Part shown: positions 24,785 through 39,219 of the stretch, piece by piece | How positions within the stretch are numbered: the first letter of the stretch is position 1 | Layout of the letters: each line of letters begins with the position of its first letter | Origin: Mobula hypostoma | Lineage: Eukaryota | DNA: 64,000 nt | NCBI RefSeq assembly: GCF_963921235.1 | Contig: NC_086097.1 | Coordinates: 54,374,001 to 54,438,000, forward strand | Reading direction: 5' to 3' | Position numbers and translations under genes: made by a program | Notes under the pieces: generated by a model | What the model saw: the letters and a program-made list of their open reading frames with translations, nothing else | What the model was told of the DNA's origin: nothing | Database searches by the model: none

Positions 24785-27016
24785 GTAAGATTTACTTTCC
24801 ATTGTTTTGACTATTGGAGAATGATGCCTGCTAATTCATCTGTTGTAATTAATGCAACTGTAAAGGCCTAATAAAAAAGAGTAAACATTTGGATTGCATT
24901 CTCTACACACCCTGATAGAAAGAGATAATTTTATGTACAGTAAGTCACAATCAGAAGTAGAATTCCTTTCTTCCAAGATGTTCCCACTGAAACATAAGTG
25001 GATAAATTTGGTGTTGAGCTACTTGAATGATAGTGCAAAACAGTGAAGGAACCTTTTGGTTTGTAAATAATCAAGCAGACATAGTTAGTAAAATGGTTTA
25101 AAAGAGCTGGGGTTCTAAAAAAACTATTTATTTTATTCTGTTGCCCCAGACAAAATAAAGTAAACGTGCACTGATTAGAAGGTATGCTGGAAATCTCACT
25201 CCTTGCATTTAGAGCTACATGTAAAGAATCCCAATGGATAGTTCTAAAGATATTTTGGAAAAATATAAAATGATCATTGTTTTAAATGTTACAGAAAGGA
25301 TCTTTGTACGTTTCTGCAAGTTGCAGTGATTTTAAGTGGTGCTTATCATTGTTGTAAAAGTTTGAAACTTGTTTTTGATCAAATAAAAATATGCACGCTG
25401 CAAATTACTGGAGTGGTTTTTGCCAGGTTGGGCACCAAAAGGTGAGTGATTTGTCTAGTATCTGACAAATTTCAACAGCTAAATAAAGTGTTTTTTTATT
25501 GCTGATGGGAAAACATTTAGCCACTAGAGAATTTAACAAATGAGAATGAACTAATGTCTGTATTGTAAAGAAGTTGTAATGTAGTCCTATTTTTGCAAAA
25601 TTCCACTTTCATTTATGCACTTTTAAGTTTCCCATCATATTTTCCCTTTCCCTTCCCCAAATGACATGTAGTTAATTTTCCAGTTTTGTCCTTTTTTTCC
25701 ATCAGAAAAATACTTGGATTTTAGTGAAGGGCACGCAGATTGTTGTCTTTACTTTAGAATATCAGACGTGAATCAGATAGACACCACTTTATATGCCTTT
25801 CACTTTTTGTAGTGTAATGCAACTGCTAACTTCATACTCGTCTTCCATCTGGACTTTTTTTTCCAAAACTGCAGGAAGAACTCGGCAAGTCAGACAGCAT
25901 CTATGGAGAGGAATAAGTCATTTTTATATGCTGTCCTACCAATTTTGGGGTCCACTCTTTTTCATTTCTGCTGCTGTTTTTACTTACTTATTTTAATACT
26001 GATCTGTAGGTTTCTTCAAGAAGCCTAACATTTATTATAAGTAATGAATCATCAGCAAAATTAAGAAATGGAGCATTAAGCACAATAAATATCAATGCAC
26101 TAGCTTGCTAACTTGACTTTTTCCAGACTTAGAGGTCTGAACAAGCTGGACGTCTTAATTTGTGAAGCATTTGCGCACCAGTGTTGGCCTGAACAGTGAT
26201 TTAGACATTATACTGTATATCCTTTGGCCTTTCCCCCAGAAAACCAAAGTAGCCACAGCGATTTTGGTATTTGTTAAAAGTTTTTGAACTGTTTTAATCT
26301 GCCTCTTAATAGTCGGACAGGAAAAGGTAGATTTGGAAAAGAATGTAGTTAAGTTTAAATGTTAAAATCAAATAACTTGAGCAGTTGGCTTTATCAAGGT
26401 GATTAATCGGACTCTAATCAACTGGATCACCACATTATGCATGTGTGGTGCAGCCTAACCATCCCCAGTCCCCATCCCACTGCAACACACTGATACTTTA
26501 CTGCAGGGCCCAATGGGAAGTTCAGCATCAGTGCAGGTAATTAATAAAGAACTACAGATGCTACAAATATGGAAAAAAAGACAGAAGATGCTGCAAACAC
26601 GCAGCAGGTAAGGCAACATCTGTAGAAAGAGAAATCGTTAACATTTCCAGTGTGGGAGACTTCGTGGCAACTGGAAAAGAGAGAAAATAAAGTTGGGTTT
26701 CAGTAGTCGAGAAGGTGTAGAAGGAATGAATATAACTTAGGGAACATCTCTGGGTGAGTCCAAATAGTTTGAAATAGAGTGACATTTAGAATTGGAGTAT
26801 ACTACTTTGTTAGGAGCAAAACTGGGACATTATCAGCAGGGTGGATTATATTAATAGGATAACAAAAGCTGAGCAAAATGATGATTAGCCGAAATGACCA
26901 GTTCAGATACAGTGAGAATTTGTTACCCAAAATGGGTGAGATTAGAATGGAGCATGATGGCTGCAATGTGCCCAGACAGAAGATAAGGTATTGTTCCTTG
27001 AGCTTACCATGGTCCT

Positions 27017-27330
27017 AGGAGGCAGCATAGTAGTGTAGCAGCTAGCACAACACTTTACAGCACTAACAATCAGTTCAATTCCTTCCGCTGCCTGTAAGGA
27101 GTTAGTATGTTCTCCCTGTGATTGCATTGGTTTCCTCTTGGTGCTCTGGTTTCTCGTCACATTCAAAAGGCATACAGGTTCGGGGCAGTAAGTTGTGAGA
27201 CCACTGGTGCCAGAAACATGCCAATACTTGTGGGCTGCCCCTAGCACATCCTCAGACTGTGGTCGTTGACACAAATGACACGTTTCACTGTATGTTTCGA
27301 TGTACATGTGAGAGATACAGCTAATCTTAA
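27017..27330 (+). mobile_element. tRNA-derived V-SINE (HE1-like)
   Basis: Degenerate tRNA head plus V-domain-like GGAGTTAGTATGTTCTCCCTGTG...GGTTTCCTCTTGGTGCTCTGGTTTC. Confidence 0.7.
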
Positions 27331-27696
27331 AATATTAACATTGCAGGAAGCCACAGACTCAAGTTGGAATGAAGTTGGGAATTAGTGTCAGGCAATTGGA
27401 AGCTCAGTTACTCCTGCAAACTGAATAGAGATGCTTCACTAAGCAATCACACAATCTGCATTTGGTTCCTCCGAAGTAGGGGAGACCAGATTAGGAGTAC
27501 TGAAAGCAGTAAGCTAGACTGGAAGAAGTCCAAGTGAATTACTCAAGGGCTTTTTGGGTCTTTGAGTGATGGGAGGGGAACAGATAAAAGGCTAACTTGC
27601 TCTGGTTCTGTTTCGATTAAAATTAATTGCTGGTTTGATTAAATTATTGAAAAAAATATCATCTGAAGTTTTAATTTTGTGGTATTTATTACCCAG

Positions 27697-28056
27697 AGAC
27701 TTTTTGTATCTGCTGGTGATAGCAGCATGCCTGAGGAGATGCCTTCAGAAGCTGATGGTGTGGACAAAAAACTTCTCGAAAAATTTGGCACTGCAGGAGA
27801 GGAATTTGACTTGTGGAAAGAAAACAGCAAAGATTGTGTTGTGTGCCAGAATGCTCCTGTGAACTGGGTTTTGCTCCCATGCAGACATGCTTGTTTGTGT
27901 GACTGTTGTGTGACCTACTTCAATCAATGCCCGATGTGTAGAGAATTTGTTTGTGAATCTTTTGCACTTAAAAGTTCTGGAGTACGAACTGAGGAGAATA
28001 TTGATGTTGTTGAAAATGAAGCTGATGATCCAATACTGGGAAATCCATTTGAGTGA
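27697..28056 (+). CDS. CGRRF1: CGRRF1 exon 6 (RING finger, stop codon)
   Basis: RLFVSA...ENSKDCVVCQNAPVNWVLLPCRHACLCDCCVTYFNQCPMCREFV...stop. Spliced CDS is 1038 nt (345 aa). Confidence 0.97.
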   Translation, partial: RLFVSAGDSSMPEEMPSEADGVDKKLLEKFGTAGEEFDLWKENSKDCVVCQNAPVNWVLLPCRHACLCDCCVTYFNQCPMCREFVCESFALKSSGVRTEENIDVVENEADDPILGNPFE

Positions 28057-28742
28057 ATCATTCATAATGGTATAAATGCAAGGTTTAATTTTTCAAGGAA
28101 AAAAAAACAGATTTTGCTTTTATTGTACTGAAAGTTTATGTGCAATCTACAGAAGAAGCGATGAATGATTTAAGGCACACTGTAATGAAGTAACACAAGG
28201 TACTAAAATATTGTCTACACTCTGATGAATTTACAACATGTCAGCTTGTTTTCTTGCTTGGAGTTGGAGAAGAAAACTAAATCGTCTGGTATCCCAACAG
28301 TTAAAACTAATGTTGTTCCAAAACATGCACATACTGATTAATTCAAATAAGCCTAGAACTCTTAAATGCTGTTTTGCTCCAACTATATCAAGCTTTAACT
28401 GTGTCTAGGGTGCTTGCAAATTTCAGGTTTAATAAGTTAACTGTATACTCTGGACAGTTTGGGGGAATCAAAAAAGGGTTAATTTATGTCAAGACTGATG
28501 TCCAAGGTGAAGATAAAGCATTACAAGAGTACTCCAGTTTCTGTATTTCCTGATTATTTTATTCAGAGGAAGGAATTTAGAAGGAAGCACTCAACCTAAA
28601 CCTAATTATGTTGTACAGTGTACATATGACCTTTCTACAAAGAAAATTCCTGTATTTTATGAACAATTATTACCAGTTAGGTTAATATTGTTTCTAAGGA
28701 TGAAGGTTATTTGAAAATTGTTTTACAGTGAACAGTATGCGA

Positions 28743-28748
28743 AATAAA
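28743..28748 (+). terminator. Candidate CGRRF1 polyadenylation signal
   Basis: AATAAA about 690 nt after the stop, in AT-rich context just before downstream SINEs. Confidence 0.4.
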
Positions 28749-28869
28749 ATATTGTATATTTATTTCAAAATCATGGATTTCTTGAACTAACATTTTTTTT
28801 TAAAAAAGATTCAAAGTAAATGGAAAAACAAAGTTCAAAATTGAAACACAGCATCACCAATAAAACACT

Positions 28870-29075
28870 GGCTGGTGGTGTCGTGGCATCCACACCAGAC
28901 TTTGAGGCGAGCGGTCCCGGGTTTGAGTCTGGCCGACTCCTCGCATGATTTCCATCCGTGCGGGGTTGAGCATTGAGCCAGCAACTTGGCCTCGTAAAAA
29001 AAAATAAGGACAAAAACTAAAGAAATGACAAGGTTGCCTCCCGATGTGCCAAGAGGTGAGGAAAGGAACACCAAT
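28870..29075 (+). mobile_element. tRNA-derived SINE of a second family
   Basis: A-box-like TGGTGTCGTGG, B-box-like GGTTTGAGTC, internal A-run. Locally CpG-rich, so probably young. Confidence 0.55.
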
Positions 29076-29214
29076 CAAACAAACATCAACTATAAAATCT
29101 CAAAGACCATTAAATTTTCTTCTACTTGTTGGAGGCACATACTCACCTGATTTTAATTGAAAGTGGGGATCTGTTGCCTGATATGGCCACGGATATGAAA
29201 TACGGTACTCTTTG

Positions 29215-29440
29215 TTGTTAGTGTAATGCTATTACTGCACCAGCAACCATTCCATCACTGTCTATGAGGAGTTTGAGTGTTCTTCCCATGACTCTGTGAG
29301 TTTCCTCCGGATGCTCCAGTTTCTTCTGCCATCCCAAAGAGGTATGGGTTAGTAGCTTAATTGATCACATGCATACAATTGGGCAGGTTAGACTCTTTGG
29401 ACCAAATGGTCCTGTTACTCTGCTGTGTCACTAAATAAAT
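29215..29440 (+). mobile_element. Degenerate V-SINE (HE1-like)
   Basis: GGAGTTTGAGTGTTCTTCCCATGACTCTGTGAGTTTCCTCCGGATGCTCCAGTTTC; ends in a TAAATAAAT tail. Confidence 0.65.
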
Positions 29441-30263
29441 ACACTTTTAAAGTTTTGGAGAAAGTATTTTTATTTTCTTCAGAAGCTGTTCAGCAGTATC
29501 TCAACTCCTTCAACAAAGCTATAAAATTCTGGGCAAGCCTCGATACTGGTGTGAAATGAATCCTCGTATAGTTACCAAAGGTTCATTTATTATCAATGTA
29601 CACAACTCTGAAATTCTTCAGATAGCCATGAAACCAAGAAAGAAAAGCAAAGCAGCACAATCATCAACCCCACCCCTCCATCACCCCTGGCAACACAAAG
29701 AACAAAAACGGAACGGGTATATCGACCCCCAATTCTCCTCCCACACAAAAAAAAATGAGAAAGATTAGGCAAAAAACACAGGAACATAATAAATAACTAC
29801 AAGACTGGGGGGAGGGGGAAAGTCTATAGTCCAAGTTCATATCCAAAACGCAGGAAACCTGAGTAACCTTCTCCAGGCACAGTGGCAGGCTCTCCCCTCG
29901 CTGGTAGCAGAGAGAGAAAAAGATTGACAGCCAATCACCATAACACCATTTTCTAATTAAATTTTATTAAGAAAGAACTGATTTTCCATTATATGATAAA
30001 TGTATGAGCTGAATGTTTGCTTTAATCTTTAAGATTTGACTTTACCAGTCTGATATAAACTTGATTGTATTTACAGTATATAAATCCTATAGGTTTTCAT
30101 GCAGGTTGATTAGAGAAAATGAACCTTTTGCACATTAGTTGCTTGACCATCTTTGAAAATGAATCTCAGGGTAGCAGATGGTGACATATACTGTATATAC
30201 TTTGATAATAAAATTACTTTGAACAAACAATTCTGACTTCACCAACTTAATTTCTATAATTAC

Positions 30264-30502
30264 AAGATTCTGCAGATGCTGGAAATCCAGAGTAACATAC
30301 ACATTCCAACGTTGTGTTGGAGGAACTCAGCATATCAGGCAGAATCTACAGAGAGGAATAAAAGGTTGATGTTTCAGGCTAAGACCTTTCACCAGAACCT
30401 GATGAAGGGTATCATTCTGAAACGTTCGATCTTTATTCCTCTCCATAGATTCTGGCTAACCTGCTGAGTTCTTCCAGCATTTTGTGCGTTTCTCTGGATT
30501 TT
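30264..30502. mobile_element. Head-to-head palindromic pair of Penelope terminal repeats
   Basis: Two inverted family copies joined at their hammerhead cores; plus-strand CTGATGA...GAAACGTTC at 30399-30427. Confidence 0.7.
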
Positions 30503-31049
30503 TATAAATCTGTTTGCTGTGCTGGATATATTGTACCACTATTTGAAGAGTATTCTTTTTCTTTATTTAAGGACAATATTTGAACTTAATGAAATCTCTG
30601 TTTGGTAATTCTGAATTTGGTTGATCAATCAAACTGGATAATCTGTGTTGGTTGCACTGTTTCCGTGTGATTTTTGCCACTGATTCCAAAGCATAAATTT
30701 CTGTGAAATTTTATAAACATGCATGAATCTTCCTTATCAAAACCCTTCTTTTAGATTTGTGTACATAATCTAGGTTGCTCCAGTGCAGCACTGAGTCTAT
30801 GGCATAATCAGATCAATCTGAAGCTCTTTCTGCGCTCTGCTAGGTATACAAAAACATTTTGTCACTAGTGTTATGGTACTCTGAGAAATACTTCTCCTCA
30901 ACAAATTCTAGTTGTGGAACTTGCTGTGAACAAATTCCTTGGCAGGGTTTTTGTGAAAGATACTATTACATTTCAAATTTGTTACATTCTTTCCTATATT
31001 AGACATTTCATGTTTGATCTGTTCAAGGCAATTTGTGTCTTACTAATGT

Positions 31050-32150
31050 TTAAGTTTTCCAACGAGGTGGTAAAAGTAATTGATGAAGGCAGAGCTGTGC
31101 ATGGATTTCAGCAAGGTGTTTGATAAGGTCCCTCATGGGAGTCTAACCCAGAAGATTAAATGATGGAACCCACAGTGATTCGGAATTGGCATGCCCAAAG
31201 GAGATAGTCTCATCATCACTACCTTTACTCTGGCTAGAGTCTGTGGCTACTGGTGTTCCACAGGGATCTGGACTAGAATCATATGGAAATGTCCTGGATG
31301 GGTTGGTTAATAAGTTTGTAACAATACAAGGATTGGTGGTGTGGATAGTAGTAGAAGATTACTGTAGGATTCAGATCATTTGCAGATATGGATGGGAAAA
31401 TGGCAGATGGTGTTCAATCCAGTCAAATGTTAGGTTTTGCACTTTGTAGATCAAATAAAAAAGAACCATTTAGCAAGACCCTTAACAGTACTGATGTACA
31501 GAAGGATCTTGAGGCCCAAATCTATAGCTCCTGGAAAATGGTTGCATAGGTTGATTGGGTGGTAAAGAAGATGTGTGATATGCTTGTCTTTATTAGTCAG
31601 AGGATTGAGTTCAAGAATCAAAAAAATTTGTTGCAGCTTTTTAAAACTCTAGTTCAGCCACATTTGGAATATTTAATTCAATTCTCATTGCTCTACTTTC
31701 AGAAGGATATTGAGGCTTTGGAGAGAGTGCTGGAGAAGTTTACCAGGACATTACTTGGATTAGAAGCACGTGCTGTAAGAGTGGCTAGACAAACTTGGGT
31801 TGTTTTATCTGCAGAGGCTGAGGGAAGATTTGATTGAGAGGTATAAATAGAATAGACAGCTGGTATCTTTTTCTCGGTATTGTTATTGTCTGATACCAGT
31901 GTGCAAGCATTTCAATGGAGAAGTGGCAAGCTTAGAGATGTGTGGGGCAAGTTTTGGTGTGCACGAGAGTGGTGGGTGCCTGGAATGTCCTGCCAGGGGT
32001 GATGATGGAGTCAGATACAGAGAGGTGTTCGAGAGGCTCTTGGGCACATGATAGATTATATAGACATTGTAGGCAGCAGGGATTAGTCTAGTTAGACATT
32101 TAATTAATAGTTGAATCAGTTTGGCACAACTACTGCTCTGTGTTCTAATA
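31050..32150 (+). mobile_element. Old degraded CR1 LINE 3' part
   Basis: KVIDEGRAV, GVPQGS, FKTLVQPHLEY...ALERV. Confidence 0.8.
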
Positions 32151-33124
32151 TATGGGAATTGTTGCCGATATAATTCTGCCTTTTACTCTGATACATAAAC
32201 AAAGACACAGTTAGCTGCATACTTGAGTGTGAAGAAAGTACTCCATGATTCATACAATCAATAACAAATTTTGTTCTTCCAGATTTCTCTACATTTGTAC
32301 CAAGATATGTCAAAGAAATGCATTCTATTTCTGTGTTGATCTACAATAAATTTCACGATATATGCCAGTGATATTAAACCTGATTCTGATTCAATTACAA
32401 ATAATTATTGCTATTTTTGGCCTCTCTTAAGTCTACACAATTACATCTGTGGTAACAATGCAGGACCAGAACTCCTAATGTGGTTTGTTTTCTTTTTCTG
32501 ATTTTTCTTTCTATCCAACCCCCGCACCCCACACACCACCTAATGATGGCAAAGTGATAAATGAAAGATTTCCACTATCTCTGATGGTGACTGATATTTA
32601 TGCTCAATGAGCGATATCGTCTGTCTGCTTACCTTTATTTGAATGTTCATTTTGTGCTATTCAGAATGCTGTACTTGAGAGTTTCCATTCAGCATTGATG
32701 AACTGTTTTAAGAGGTTAGTTCCCTGCTGAAGTTGACGATTGTATTTCGCCGTGGAATAATCCAGCTTGTAAGCTTGAGACTTCATGCAGTTTCATAGAA
32801 TACAAGCATATTTGTTTTTTTTGGTTCAGGTTTAGATATAAATCAAACTGTAATTGCATTCCTAATGTATTTACAGTTCTGATACAGCATTGCAACCTGA
32901 AGCGTTGATCATCCCATTGCTTCCACAGATGCTGCTTGACCTTTTGAGTTCCTCTAGCAGTTTGTTTCACTCCAGATTTCAGCATCTGCACTACTTTGTC
33001 ATGAAGGTAAGATTTTTCTTTTAACCACTGATCAGAAACTCCTCATAGTTGTCTTCAATAAACTAGAACAGTGGACAATGGACTATTCATGGTTGGTGCA
33101 AGGTTTCCTTCCATCTCAATTAGA

Positions 33125-35440
33125 CCATCAGACCAATAGATATTGGATCAGTATTAGGCCATTTGGCCGCCCTCGAGTCTGCTCTGCCATTTCATCATGG
33201 CTGATCCAATTTTCTACTCAGCCCCAATCTACTGCCTTCTCCCTGTATTCCTTCATATCCTGACCAATAAGTATCAACCTGTGCCTTAAATATAAAGATT
33301 TGCCAAAGAATTTCACTGATTCACCACTCCCTGGCTAAAGAAATTACTCCTCATTTCCATTCTAAAAGGATGTCCCTCTATTCTGAGTTTGTGTCCTCTG
33401 GCCTTAGACTCTCCTACCATAGGAAACAGCCTCTCCACATCCACTCTATCAAGGCCTTTCACCATTTTATATGTTTCAATGAGGACATCCCTCATTCTTC
33501 CAAATTCGAGTGAATACAGGCCCACTGCCATCAAACACTCTTCTTATGACAAGACATTCAATCCAGGAATCATTTCCATGAACCCTCTCCCGTTTCAGCA
33601 CTTCCTTTCAAAGATAAGGGGTACAAACTGCTCACGATTTTCCAAGTGAGGCCTCACCAGTGCTTTATAAAGTTTCAACATTACATCCTTGATTTTATAT
33701 TCTAATCCTCTGGAAATGAATGCTAACATCACATTTGCCTTCCTCACCACAGACTCAACCTGCCAATTTAGGGAATCCTGCAAAAGGAGTCTCAAGAGCC
33801 TTTGTGCCTCAGTTTTTGTATTTTCTCTCCATTTAGAAAATAGTCAACCCTTTCATTTATTCTACCAAAGTGTATGATCATACACTTGCTGACACTGTAT
33901 TCCATCTGCCATTTCTTTGCCCATTCTCCTAATCTGTCCAAGGCCTACCTGCCCCTCCACCTATCTTCATATCATCCGCAAACTTTGCAACAAAGCCATC
34001 AATTCTGTCATCCAAGTCACTGACATATAATGTAAAAAGAAGTGGTCCCTATACGGAACCCTGTAGAACACCACCAGTCACCAGCAGGCAACCAGAAATG
34101 GCTCCCTTTATTCCCACTCTTTGCCTCCTGCCAATCAGCCACTGTTTTATCCATGCTAGTATCTTCCTGTAATACCATGAGCTCTTAAGCAGCCTCATGT
34201 GTGACACCTTGTCAAAGGCCTTCTGAAAATCCAAGTGCCCTTTGTCTAAGCTGTTTGTTACTTCAAATAATTCCAACAGATTTGTCAGGCAAGATTTTCT
34301 CCTCTGGAAACCATGCTGACCATAGCCTATTTTATCATGTGCCTCCAAGTACCCTGAGACCTCATCCTTAATCGATTCAAAGATTTTCCCAATCACTGAA
34401 GTCAGATTAACTGGCCTACAGTTTCCTTTCTTCTGCCTCTATCATTTCTTGAAGAGTGGAGTGACATTTGCAATTTTTCAGTCATCCAGAACCATTCCAG
34501 AATCTATTGATTATTGAAAGATCATTAATAATGCCTCCAAAATCTCTTCACTCACCTCTTTCAGAAACCTGGGGTGTACACCATCTGATCAAGGTGACTT
34601 ATCTACCTTCAGACCTTTCAGTTTCTCAAGAGCCTTCTCCATAGTAATGGTAACTTCACACACTTCCTGACACCTGGAACTTCTACCATACTGCTAGTGT
34701 CCTCCACAGTGAAGACTGGTGCAAAATACCTATTCAGTTTGTCGGCCTTTTCCTTCCCCCCCCCCCCATTACTCCCTCCCCAGCATCATCTTCCAGTGGT
34801 CCTACATCCACTCTTGCCTCTCTTTCACACTTTATGTACTTAAAGAAACTTTTGCTATCCTCTTTAATATCTTGGCTAGCTTATTTTCATATTCCATCTT
34901 TACCTCCTTAATGACTTATTTTAGTTGCCTTCTGTTGGTTTTTAAAAGCTTCTCACTCCTCTAACCCCACTAATTTTTGGTCTGTGATATGCCTTCTCTT
35001 TTGGCTTTTATGCTGGCTTTGCCTTCTCTTGTTAGCCATGGTTGTGTCATTTTGCCTTTAGAATACTCCTTCCTCTTTGGGATATATATATCCCGTGCCT
35101 TCCGAATTGCTTCCAGAAATTCCAGCCATTGCTGCTCTGCCATCATTCCTGTCAGTGTTCTTTTCCAATCGATTCTGGCCAACTCCTCTCATACTTCTGT
35201 AATTTGCCTTACTAATGCATCTCAATTTAGCTTCTGCTGAAATTTCAGGGTGAATTTGATCATATTATGATCTCTTACCCCAAAGGGTACCTTCACCTTA
35301 AGCTCGTTCATCAATTCCGGTTCATTGCACTACACCCAATCCAAATAGCTGATCCCCTAGTGCGCTCACCCACGAGCTGCTGTAAAAATCCATCTGCTAA
35401 TCCCCCTTCTTGGAATACAGCGCCATACTGATTTTCAGCC
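33125..35440 (-). mobile_element. Degraded CR1 LINE ORF2
   Basis: QHGFQRRKSCLTNLLE, DFQKAFDKV, LYKALVRPHLE, NFFSQGVVN. Confidence 0.9.
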
Positions 35441-38400
35441 AATGGAGCTGAGTAAAATACCCTCCTCTCAAATTTCCAATGTTCGGATTGGTTGCTGGTC
35501 AAAGCTCAATTTACACTGCCGTGACCTGCTGCTTCCTTCTGCTACTCGGGCAGTGGATCTGAGTGAAATTCCTCCTCTCAGACTTCCGATGATTTTCTTT
35601 GGGGGTGGGGAAGATATGGGTGCTGTTGACAAGGCCACCTTTCATTGATTTGTCTTGAACTGCACTGAAAGTGCTTGGTTCTGTGTTAACTTGCTGTAGT
35701 TCTTTTGATGAAGGAGCTCCCACAATTCAGTTGGAGAAAGAGATCCAGGATTTGCTTCCAGCGACGATGTAGGAACAGGTTTATGTTTCTGAGTCTTATT
35801 GTGTGTGTGTGTGTTTAAAACAGATAATCAGGTGGTGGCAGTGTTCTTATGCACATGGAGTTTTTGTCTTTAATGAAAGTTTGAGTGATGCTTTCAGAGT
35901 TGTCTATGTGAGGAACAGTGGTGCATTTTGTAAATAGTATCCACTGTAGCTTAGGTGGTAGATCAAATGCATGTATAAGGCCCTGGTTAAGATTTCTACT
36001 GCTATGCTGTGAGGTATTTTCATTTTAGCAGTTTTCTGTAAAAACAGTGTGCCCTGTTTGTAAGAATGTTTTGGCTTCAGCTAAAGATAAGTTGCCATTT
36101 TGTCTAACTTAGAAAGTTGTGTCAGCCAGTTGGGGTTGTCTTGGTACGTGTTGTAAATTTCTTCCCAGTGGGATGTGAGGGAAGATTTGAGAGAGCTGGG
36201 CAGTATCTGATTTTTGAAGGATAGTAGTCTGGTTTGGGGACATTAGGCAGGAGGGAAGATCCTCTCAGAGTGCCACTCGAAGGAGAAATCCCGTTGTAAG
36301 AAGTTCTTTGTGCAGACGAGTGGTTCCAAGGAGGAAGTGCCAATGCCCCCAAGTTAATCAGTTTGTTCAAAATGATCTTCAAAGGAAATTCGAACTGTGG
36401 TTGGTGTCCTCCACACAGAATGTGGGGTCAGTGCGTGAGTAATCAAAGTGAAGCACCCGACTACTTCAGAAATGAGCTCCAACATTTATGTGCACGTTTA
36501 GACTGGTTTAACTGTACTGGGCTCTTTTCTTCCCCTATTAATTGTTGGTTAAAGTTAAAATATCTGTGAATATACTTCCACTTTAATTTTATTCCAGTGT
36601 AAGGAATGTTATTTTCTGGCGAATGATAACTTTGCATGGGGCAGCATTTACACAACATTCACCACAATATTCATTCCCTCATCAGAACATTCCAATTTCC
36701 CTGTTTGGTTGAACCTGAATCATATTAACCCCAGATATATGGAAAATAAGTTGCTTATTGAAGGTGGCCTTCTCACTGTTACCCATGGAATGCCGAGTCA
36801 TGTGTCTGTTAGCCAGAGCTGGCTAACGAGCCAAGTTTGTTATGAGCCATGGTGAGAGGGTTACAGATGTTCGAGGTGATGGATACCAGTGTACTGTTAT
36901 CTTATCCTTTGATGTCAAGCTTGAGTGTTTTTGGAATGCACTCAAAAATTAATAACTTTGTTCAGAGGTGGGTGGGGTGGGAGGGAATGAATCTGTTGTT
37001 TTTATCCATGATTTGAAAATTGTTTGTGTGTTATGTTTATTACTGTGGTTTACAGCTTAATTAAGTGGGCTGTCCACCTGTTTGAGAATCTATTTGATTT
37101 TTATATCATTAAAATCATCAGGTGGGTCAAGTTGAAAACTATTACATTGTTTCAATAAATTGTATTGAAAGTGGAATTAAGTTTTCTTCTTGCTGTTTAA
37201 TTCCTTATGTTTCCTTGTGCTCTTCTTTGGACTTCTATTTGCAAAAATTAATTTTTGGTGAATGTTTTTATTTGTTTCCCTCTACTATTTCAGTTTTCTC
37301 ACCAGACTATAATCAATGATTTCTCAAAGTAAGCTATCATTCCTTAAGTATTAATATTTTGAGTGCTATTCATACCTCCGCCGCACTGCTCAGGTGTGTG
37401 GTGATTGGCCTATCAGAGTTCCCTTTGGGAACTAGTTGACTTGATCAGCATTTCTGATCTGGCTATTGTTCACAATTGCGATTAATAAAAAAAATTCTAA
37501 TTTCTTTAATTCATTTTTGAATATCTCAAAAAACTACGTCTTAATATCAGTTTTGTTCTTCAGACAGATAAATAAAGAGATGACCTTCAGAATACAATCT
37601 AGTACTAAATATGATGTTCAATGTTCCATCTTCTTTAAATCTGTGAATCAAAACTCTCCTTAAAAGGGTTTTATAATGATATGTTCAGGTTCTTTGCCCT
37701 AACACAGGATTATTCCTTGTCTGCCAATAAATACTTTCTAAAGTTCTGAGCTCTGTTTAATCTAGACATTTTTTTTGGATTGTAATTGCATTCTAAAGAA
37801 TTTGGTTGGCTGTTCTCAAAGCAAGATATTAAAGGACTGAACAACCTTAAAGGAAAAATACATTGTTCCAATATTTAATTTCAGCCAGAGCAGGTTAATC
37901 TTATCGGTTGGACAATCTTCAAATAATTTAATGGGGCACTTATAGTTTGATATGTAAAAATATCAATCATGAAAAGGACCCTTTATATAAAATGTTTTTT
38001 CAACTACAGATTTAAAATCCTGCAGGGGGCACTAAAAGCTTGAAGTTCTTGGTGAAGGGGAGCGATGCAAATTCATAACCTACCGTTTCCTGCCCTGTGT
38101 GGTTTTGATTCTGGATTCTGGCGTCCACTCCCTATACATGTTCTATTCCGCTTGCCCAGCGTTTTTTAATGTTACCTATTCTTTTAGTGACATACTACTT
38201 GTTGTCTTTCACATTCCAATTATGCCTCTGCTTCACTTTTGGCTCAAACACACTAATAGCCTAACATATTTTCAAACATCAATGTATGACAACATGCATT
38301 TCAAAACAATTTTAAGTTACTAGTACTTAATATAAATAAAAAGGGACCTAAGCATTGAAACTTACTGTAAAATTCTCTATTCTGACTATAATTGTAAAGG

Positions 38401-39219
38401 TAAATGGTATACATTTGAATTTCATATATACAGTAATGGTCTAACTGTATTCAGGTGGATAGTGGTCAAAATTTATTTTTTTTTGTAAAAGATTCCATGC
38501 GGTTCACTTGACTATCTAATATAACCCATTAATCTTTAACAAGTAAAGTGCTACATTAACTGTAAAACCACAGGATTATTATGCTCATTCACTTTAGTCT
38601 ATTCATGGCTGAGATAAGTAGAGGATTTAGGGACAGCAAAGTGAATGAAAAAAAACAATATTGGCCATGGTAATCTTCAGTGGCACAGCAGATGAGAGGG
38701 GCTGCAAAGATGCCTTGACCTTCTGTTTAAGCTTTGAAAATATGAAAGCACCGGTAAGAATTCAGGGGGAATTTGAAGATGTTGCCAGCAGGATCTAGAA
38801 ATTTTGTCATGAGGAAGGGCAAGCTCAATGTCATTTGAACAGAGGAGGCAGAGTATTTAATTCAAGATAAATAATGAAGAACCGGTCTGTTTGCCTTAGC
38901 AGTGAAGTCAATAAGCAGGGCATAAATTTAAGCCAAAATGTACAAGGAATAAAGAGAAGTTGTAGAATTTCCTCTTCCCCTCTCTTTCACCCCAGCCCAT
39001 CAATGAGGAGATAGGAATTCTAAGCTTGGTTAAGGCAGATACTCAGCCCATAACTGGATGAAGATTGGATGTGTCTTTGCTAGAAATTGGGGTAAGATTT
39101 GTAATTCTTGATGATATCATCATTGAAATAAGCTTGCTTTTGCATTAAAGATTTCTACAGTTCTAAGATTACCCTTACTTCACATCAAGTAATTCAATTG
39201 CTTAATTAAATACAAACAT

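Noticed and set aside
35972-36652. Possible solo LTR (TGT...ACA)
   Set aside because: No target-site duplication or internal retroviral sequence found; cannot be supported.
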